Source: Candidatus Fervidifonticultor secundus
Lineage (GTDB): Bacteria > Sysuimicrobiota > Sysuimicrobiia > Sysuimicrobiales > Humicultoraceae
DNA: 21,106 bases
NCBI GenBank assembly: GCA_031459385.1
Contig: JAVKIP010000032.1
Coordinates: forward strand, 1-21,106
Reading direction: 5' to 3'
The notes under the pieces are model-generated. The model did not search any database. It had not been told where the DNA came from and worked only from the letters and a program-made list of their open reading frames with translations. Made by a program: the position numbers and the translations under genes. This document shows, piece by piece, positions 8,136 through 21,106 of the stretch. Position 1 is the stretch's first letter. Every line of letters starts with the position of its first letter.

Positions 8136-8164
8136 TTGACGCGGGAGGGCGTCGGTGGTAGCAT
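8136..8164 (+). promoter_or_regulatory. Sigma70-type promoter for rplJL
   Basis: TTGACG (8136-8141), 17-nt spacer, TAGCAT (8159-8164) with extended -10 TG. Confidence 0.65.
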
Positions 8165-8246
8165 CACTCGCGCCGGCGGCCGGGGATGTCTTGGGCGCCG
8201 GCGCGAGCGCACGATCCATATCGGGCCGCCGGAACGGCGGCCGCAC

Positions 8247-8345
8247 GCCACAGACAGCAGGTGCCCGCCGGGCTTAATGGGTGCCCCGCCTGCCGAGGAG
8301 CGGAGAGGACCGGACCCGTCTGTCTGCGGCGGGTCCAGCTCTTTT
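8247..8345 (+). ncRNA. L10 leader (rplJL autoregulatory RNA) with downstream attenuator-like hairpin
   Basis: CC-ACAGACAGCAGG...TTAA...CCTGCCGAGG fits the L10-leader core; followed by the GGACCCGTC/GGCGGGTCC stem and CTCTTTT. Confidence 0.85.
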
Positions 8346-8378
8346 GTAGGCGGGACTGAGGAGGCACGGAGGGCGACG

Positions 8379-8915
8379 ATGCCACGTGCGGAGAAAGTCG
8401 AGGAAGTCGAACGCCTGCAGGATCGTCTCCAGCGGGCGTCTGCGGTGATCCTGACGGACTTCCGCGGGCTCACCGTGGGCGAGATTACACAGCTGCGCCA
8501 GAAGCTGCGGGACGCGGGTGTCGACTACCGGGTCGTGAAGAACAGCCTCCTGGGGAAGGCCGCGCAGGCGGCGGGCATTGCTGGCCTCGCCCCCTACCTC
8601 CAGGGGCCCACCGCGGCCGCCTTCACCGCGACCGACCCCGTGGCTGCGGCCAAGGTGATCCAGGAGTTCATCCGCCAGACCCGCAAACTCGCTGTGAAGG
8701 CCAGCGTGGTCTCCGGCCGGGTCTACGGCGAGGCGGAGACCCGGGCGCTGGCCGACCTGCCGGGCCGACAGGAGTTGCTGGCGCGCGTCGTCGGCGGCGT
8801 CGCGGCTCCCCTGGCGGCACTCGTCGGTGTGCTCGGCGGCCTGCCGCGCGCGCTGGTCTCCACCCTCGACCAGGTGCGCCGGCAGCAGGAAGGGCACGGC
8901 GCGGCGGCGGGTTGA
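8379..8915 (+). CDS. rplJ: 50S ribosomal protein L10, 178 aa
   Basis: ATG at 8379 after [47 protein letters not shown]. This is the real C-terminal part of the 6096-8915 ORF. Confidence 0.97.
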   Translation: MPRAEKVEEVERLQDRLQRASAVILTDFRGLTVGEITQLRQKLRDAGVDYRVVKNSLLGKAAQAAGIAGLAPYLQGPTAAAFTATDPVAAAKVIQEFIRQTRKLAVKASVVSGRVYGEAETRALADLPGRQELLARVVGGVAAPLAALVGVLGGLPRALVSTLDQVRRQQEGHGAAAG

Positions 8916-8973
8916 GACGGACGGCACGACATCCCAGGCACTGGGTGCGGGTCCACGCAAAGGGGGAAGTACC

Positions 8974-9369
8974 GTGGCGAAGCTGACGAACGACGAGATC
9001 ATCGATGCGATCAGCAACCTGACCGTGCTGGAACTGGCTGACCTGGTCAGGGCCCTGGAGGAGAAGTTCGGCGTCTCGGCCGCGGCCCCGGTGGCCGTGG
9101 CGGCGGCACCGGGCGCCGCCGCAGCCGCGGCCGGCGCGCCGGCGCCGGCGGAGGAGCAGACCGAGTTCGACGCCATCCTCCAGGCCGTGGGCGAGAAGAA
9201 GATTCAGGTCATCAAGGTGGTGCGCGAGCTGACGGGGCTCGGGCTCAAGGAAGCGAAGGACCTGGTGGACGGCGCGCCGAAGCCCGTGAAAGAGAAAGTC
9301 AGCCGCCAGGAGGCCGAGACGATCAAGAAGAAACTCGAGGCGGAAGGGGCAACCGTCGTCATCAAGTAG
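8974..9369 (+). CDS. rplL: 50S ribosomal protein L7/L12, 131 aa
   Basis: GTG at 8974 after [58 protein letters not shown]. Confidence 0.98.
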   Translation: MAKLTNDEIIDAISNLTVLELADLVRALEEKFGVSAAAPVAVAAAPGAAAAAAGAPAPAEEQTEFDAILQAVGEKKIQVIKVVRELTGLGLKEAKDLVDGAPKPVKEKVSRQEAETIKKKLEAEGATVVIK

Positions 9370-9416
9370 GCCGCCCCCGGCCGCACCGGCCGGCGCAGGC
9401 GGCGAGCATGCGGCTC

Positions 9417-9445
9417 TTGACAATACCGGGGCCAGGCGGTATGTT
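9417..9445 (+). promoter_or_regulatory. Sigma70-type promoter for rpoBC
   Basis: TTGACA (9417-9422), 17-nt spacer, TATGTT (9440-9445). Confidence 0.75.
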
Positions 9446-9717
9446 TGCCTGCACGGGCCTTGGGCGGGCAGCCGCGTGCGACGATACGCGTCCATTCAGC
9501 GCGACACGAGGGAGAGGGCAGGGAGATCGGCCAGGGAGATCGGCCCTGCTTTCGTCTTTCCGGCAGCCGCGATCGTCCGCAGGTCCGGGATCAGATTCTG
9601 AACCTCTCACGTGTGTACCCCACAGGCAGACGCCTGCCAGTCGCTGGCGCAGTCGCCGTGTGAGTCCGCGCCGGCATGGTGCGGACCTGATATCTCGCGG
9701 AGGTGACGCCGTCCACC

Positions 9718-13125
<3,408 letters not shown>

Positions 13126-13129
13126 ACCG

Positions 13130-16567
<3,438 letters not shown>

Positions 16568-16569
16568 CG

Positions 16570-16598
16570 TTGACACCCCCCAGGGCCGATGCTAAAAT
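16570..16598 (+). promoter_or_regulatory. Sigma70-type promoter for the L7Ae-rpsL-rpsG-fusA-tuf operon
   Basis: TTGACA (16570-16575), 17-nt spacer, TAAAAT (16593-16598) with extended -10 TG. Confidence 0.85.
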
Positions 16599-16619
16599 TT
16601 GCTGGCGCGTAGGGACCCG

Positions 16620-16895
16620 ATGACCAACGATGCGCTGGCGCGGCTGCGCGCGGCGACCTCGCGGGTGGTTGGGAGCAGCCAGACCGCGAAGGCAGTGGTT
16701 CGCGGGCTTGCCACGGAAGTATTCGTCGCGGAGGATGCCGATCGGCGGGTGGTCGAGCCGGTGATCCGGGCTGCGGCGGAGCGTGGGGTGCCCATCACTG
16801 AGGTGGACTCCATGGCGGCGCTGGGGCGGGCCTGCGGCATCGCCGTGGGTGCTGCCGCTGCGGCCGTTCTGGCGGGGGACTGGCGCGCATCGTAG
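16620..16895 (+). CDS. L7Ae/L30e-family RNA-binding protein (YbxF-like), 91 aa
   Basis: VVGSSQTAKAV, VFVAEDAD, SMAALGRACGIAVGAAAAA; same position (rpoC, L7Ae, rpsL) as Bacillus ybxF. Confidence 0.88.
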   Translation: MTNDALARLRAATSRVVGSSQTAKAVVRGLATEVFVAEDADRRVVEPVIRAAAERGVPITEVDSMAALGRACGIAVGAAAAAVLAGDWRAS

Positions 16896-17179
16896 ATCCC
16901 GTGTCGCGGGGTCACAGTCGGGGCTCGACGGTCGTCGCAGGGTCATCTCCCCCCGAGCCCTTGTAGCTGCACCGCAGGGCCTGGTCTGCCCCGCGTGAGG
17001 GCGGGGCGCTGCCGGCCAGGCCTCGTATGGTGCAGCGCCAGGCGAGGCACGACAAGCGACGTCCTGGCGATACTGCCGGAGCCGCCGTGTGGCGGGGACC
17101 CGAGGGTATCGCCCTCTCTGTGCGCCTTCCTGTTGGGGTGGGCGCGTGCGCGTGCGGGAGGGAGACGGAGGCGGTAAGC

Positions 17180-17554
17180 ATGCCGACAGTGAACCAGCTG
17201 GTGCGGCTTGGCCGGCATCGGGTGCGCAGCAAGAGCAAGTCACCGGCGCTGCAGGGCAGCCCCTTCCGGCGTGGTGTCTGCATCCAGGTGAAGACCACGA
17301 CGCCCAAGAAACCCAACTCGGCGCTCCGTAAGATCGCCAGGGTGCGGCTCACCAACGGCATCGAGGTGACAGCGTACATCCCCGGGGTCGGGCACAACCT
17401 GCAAGAGCACTCCGTCGTGCTGATCCGGGGGGGGCGTGTGAAGGACCTCCCGGGCATCCGGTATCACATCGTCCGGGGCACGCTGGACGCCGCGGGTGTG
17501 GCGGGCCGGATGCGCGGGCGATCCAAGTACGGGGCCAAGCGGCCCAAGAAGTGA
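17180..17554 (+). CDS. rpsL: 30S ribosomal protein S12, 124 aa
   Basis: ATG at 17180 after [42 protein letters not shown]. Confidence 0.99.
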   Translation: MPTVNQLVRLGRHRVRSKSKSPALQGSPFRRGVCIQVKTTTPKKPNSALRKIARVRLTNGIEVTAYIPGVGHNLQEHSVVLIRGGRVKDLPGIRYHIVRGTLDAAGVAGRMRGRSKYGAKRPKK

Positions 17555-17584
17555 GGGAAGGAAGGTCAAGGAAGGAGACCGGTG

Positions 17585-18058
17585 ATGCCTCGGAAGGGTC
17601 CGGTGCGGCCGCGAGCGATCGGTCCAGATCCGGTCTATCACAACGTGATCGTGCACCGGTTGATCAACAAGGTCATGGTGCGCGGGAAGAAGAGCCTGGC
17701 TGCTCGGCACGTGTACCGGGCGTTTGACATCGTCAGAGAGAAGAGCGGCCAGGACCCGGTCAAGGTTTTCGACAAGGCCCTGACCAACGTGTCGCCGCTG
17801 CTGGAGGTCCGGCCGCGCCGGGTCGGTGGCGCCACCTACCAGGTGCCGGTCGAGGTACGACCGGAGCGGCGCCTGTCGCTGGGTCTGCGCTGGCTGGTGC
17901 AGTACGCGCGGGGACGGCGCGACCGGCGGACCTTTGCCGAGAAGCTGGCGGCGGAGATCCTGGACGCGTCTGTCGGCCAGGGGGCATCGGTGAAAAAGCG
18001 CGAGGACACCCACAAGATGGCGGAGGCGAACAAGGCGTTCGCGCACTACCGATGGTAA
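17585..18058 (+). CDS. rpsG: 30S ribosomal protein S7
   Basis: [40 protein letters not shown]; start ATG 17585 (or GTG 17582). Confidence 0.99.
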   Translation: MPRKGPVRPRAIGPDPVYHNVIVHRLINKVMVRGKKSLAARHVYRAFDIVREKSGQDPVKVFDKALTNVSPLLEVRPRRVGGATYQVPVEVRPERRLSLGLRWLVQYARGRRDRRTFAEKLAAEILDASVGQGASVKKREDTHKMAEANKAFAHYRW

Positions 18059-18090
18059 CGGCCACCCGAGCGAAGGCTGAGGTCACGCCT

Positions 18091-20178
18091 GTGGCGACGC
18101 AAGACGCGCTGCGGACTATTCGGAACATCGGCATCGTCGCCCACATCGATGCGGGCAAGACGACGACGACCGAGCGCATCCTGTTCTACACGGGCCGGGT
18201 GCACCGTCTGGGTGAGGTGGATGAGGGCTCCGCCACCATGGATTTCATGGTCCAGGAGCGCGAGCGCGGCATCACCATCACGTCGGCGGCGACCACGTGC
18301 CACTGGCGCGACCACCGCATCAACATCATCGACACGCCCGGCCATGTGGACTTCACCGTGGAAGTGGAGCGGTCGCTGCGCGTCCTGGATGGGGCCGTGG
18401 TCCTGATCTCGGCGGTCGAAGGTGTCCAGCCTCAGTCGGAGACAGTCTGGCGGCAGGCCGACCGCTACCGGGTCCCGCGCATCATCTACATCAACAAGAT
18501 GGACCGGACCGGGGCCGACTTCATGCGCACCGTGGCGATGATCCGCGAGCGGCTGGGCGCCCACCCCGTGCCGGTCCAGCTGCCCATCGGGGCCGAGGAT
18601 GACTTCCAGGGCGTGGTCGATCTGATTCGTATGAAGTCCATCATCTACCTCGACGACCTGGGCACCCGTTCCGACGAGACCGACATTCCCACCGACCTGC
18701 AGGAGCAGGTGGAGGCCCTGCGTGAGCGGCTGGTCGAGACCGCGGCCGATCTCGACGACACCCTGACTGCCAAGTACCTCGAGGGTCAGGAGATCACCGA
18801 GGACGAACTCCGGGCGGCGCTGCGCCGTGGCACCATCGAAGCCCGGGTCGTCCCGGTCCTGTGCGGCAGCTCGTTCCGCAACAAGGGCGTCCAGCCGCTG
18901 CTGGACGCGGTGGTGGACTACCTGCCGTCGCCACTGGACCTGCCGCCGGTGCGCGGCGTCGATCCGCGGACCGGCGGCGCCGTGGAGCGGCCAGCCGATC
19001 CCGCGGGTCCCTTTGCGGCGCTGGCCTTCAAGATCGTCACCGACCCGTACGTCGGGAAGTTGACCTACTTCCGGGTCTACTCGGGTACCCTCCGCGCGGG
19101 ATCCTACGTCTACAACGCCAACAAGGGGCAGAAGGAGCGGGTCTCGCGGATCTTGCAGATGCACGCCAACCACCGGGAGGACATCCCCGAGGTGTCCGCG
19201 GGCAATGTGGTGGCGGCTGTCGGCCTGCGGGCGACGCAGACGGGCGATACCCTGTGCGACGAGTCGGCGCCCATCGTGCTGGAGGCGATGCACTTCCCCA
19301 CCCCGGTCATCGCCGTGGCCGTGGAGCCCAAGACCAAGGCTGACGCGGACAGGCTCTCCACGGCGCTGGCCAAGCTGGCCGACGAGGACCCGACCTTCCG
19401 GGTGCGCTTCGACCAGGAGACCGGCCAGACGATCATCTCGGGCATGGGTGAGTTGCACCTGGAGATCATCGTCGACCGGTTGCTGCGCGAGTTCAACGTC
19501 GGCGCCAACATCGGCCGGCCGCAGGTCGCCTACAAAGAGACGATCCGGCAGGGCGCCCGCGGCGAGGGCCGGTACGTGCGCCAGACGGGTGGCCGCGGAC
19601 AGTACGGGCATGCCGTGATCGACCTCGAGCCGCTGCCGCGCGGGACCGGGGTGGAGTTCGTCGACCGGATCACCGGCGGCGCCATTCCCCGGGAGTTCAT
19701 CGCGGCGGTCGAGGCCGGCGTGCGCGAGGCCGCCGAGAGCGGCGTGCTGGCCGGGTACCCGCTCGTCGACTTCCGGGCCACGCTGGTCGACGGCTCGTAC
19801 CACGAGGTCGACTCCAGCGAGATGGCGTTCAAGATCGCGGGCTCCCTGGCCCTGAAGGATGCGGCTGCCCGGGCGCGGCCCGCGCTGCTGGAGCCCGTGA
19901 TGAAGGTCGAGGTGGTGACCCCCGAGGCGTACATGGGCGAGGTCATCGGCGACCTGAACGCGCGGCGCGGCCGCATTGAGGGAATGGAGCAGCAGGGAAC
20001 GCTGCGGGTGATCAAGGCCCTGGTCCCCCTGGCCGAGATGTTCGGCTACGCCACGGCGCTGCGCTCGGCGAGCCAGGGCCGGGCTACCTACTCGATGGAG
20101 CCGTCGCATTACGAGGAAGTGCCACCCAGTCTCGCTGAGGAGATTCGTGCGCGGGCCGGCGTCGAGGCGCGCACCTGA
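18091..20178 (+). CDS. fusA: Elongation factor G
   Basis: [64 protein letters not shown] 18091 has a GAGGT RBS; an in-frame ATG at 18052 overlapping the rpsG stop is the alternative. Confidence 0.98.
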   Translation: MATQDALRTIRNIGIVAHIDAGKTTTTERILFYTGRVHRLGEVDEGSATMDFMVQERERGITITSAATTCHWRDHRINIIDTPGHVDFTVEVERSLRVLDGAVVLISAVEGVQPQSETVWRQADRYRVPRIIYINKMDRTGADFMRTVAMIRERLGAHPVPVQLPIGAEDDFQGVVDLIRMKSIIYLDDLGTRSDETDIPTDLQEQVEALRERLVETAADLDDTLTAKYLEGQEITEDELRAALRRGTIEARVVPVLCGSSFRNKGVQPLLDAVVDYLPSPLDLPPVRGVDPRTGGAVERPADPAGPFAALAFKIVTDPYVGKLTYFRVYSGTLRAGSYVYNANKGQKERVSRILQMHANHREDIPEVSAGNVVAAVGLRATQTGDTLCDESAPIVLEAMHFPTPVIAVAVEPKTKADADRLSTALAKLADEDPTFRVRFDQETGQTIISGMGELHLEIIVDRLLREFNVGANIGRPQVAYKETIRQGARGEGRYVRQTGGRGQYGHAVIDLEPLPRGTGVEFVDRITGGAIPREFIAAVEAGVREAAESGVLAGYPLVDFRATLVDGSYHEVDSSEMAFKIAGSLALKDAAARARPALLEPVMKVEVVTPEAYMGEVIGDLNARRGRIEGMEQQGTLRVIKALVPLAEMFGYATALRSASQGRATYSMEPSHYEEVPPSLAEEIRARAGVEART

Positions 20179-20249
20179 GGCGGCAGCCCGCGGCGCAGGG
20201 ACGTCGCAACGACCGCGAGCAGCACGGCGTAGGGAGGGAGTTATCGATC

Positions 20250-21106
<857 letters not shown>

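Noticed and set aside
8117..8143. Short tandem repeat CCTGACCCG x2 plus a degenerate third copy at the rplA stop
   Set aside because: Too short, no spacers, not CRISPR-like; the third copy is simply the -35 region.
6096..8915. 939-aa ORF ending in the L10 sequence, suggesting a giant L10 fusion
   Set aside because: The upstream part is an off-frame shadow of secE/nusG/rplK/rplA with low-complexity Arg/Gly/Ala sequence; rplJ has its own promoter, leader, RBS and ATG at 8379.
9370..9403. GC hairpin after rplL as an intrinsic terminator
   Set aside because: A stem is present but there is no U-tract, so it cannot be called with confidence.
17027..17179. 51-aa in-frame N-terminal extension of S12
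   Set aside because: No RBS at 17027, and that ATG overlaps the base of a stem; the canonical MPTVNQL start at 17180 has GGAGG.
17180..17554. Possible streptomycin-resistance changes in S12
   Set aside because: PKKPNSA and RVKDLPG are wild-type.
18046..20109. 687-aa antisense ORF over fusA
   Set aside because: Same shadow-ORF effect.

Overview
High-GC bacterial chromosomal segment, almost entirely the core transcription/translation supercluster: tuf (3' part), rpmG, [iolC, then iolD and iolB on the minus strand], tRNA-Trp, [two accessory envelope genes], secE, nusG, rplK, rplA, L10 leader, rplJ, rplL, rpoB, rpoC, L7Ae/YbxF-like gene, rpsL, rpsG, fusA, tuf (5' part). The compact RpoB/RpoC, an L7Ae gene before rpsL and a Thermus/cyanobacteria-like EF-Tu insert suggest a Terrabacteria-type lineage (inference). 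I found no convincing new multi-gene system, mobile element or CRISPR array. The window begins and ends with the same 127 bp inside tuf, so any apparent circularity is most likely an assembly effect of the duplicated tuf genes. The points worth following up are: (1) two insertions that break the conserved rpmG-tRNA-Trp-secE order, one ending in a copy of the tRNA acceptor ends; (2) long structured non-coding leaders before rpsL and rpoB, and a T9 tract in the secE-nusG leader; (3) an extreme GGG/G-ending codon bias confined to tuf. RNA structures were paired by eye, not computed.
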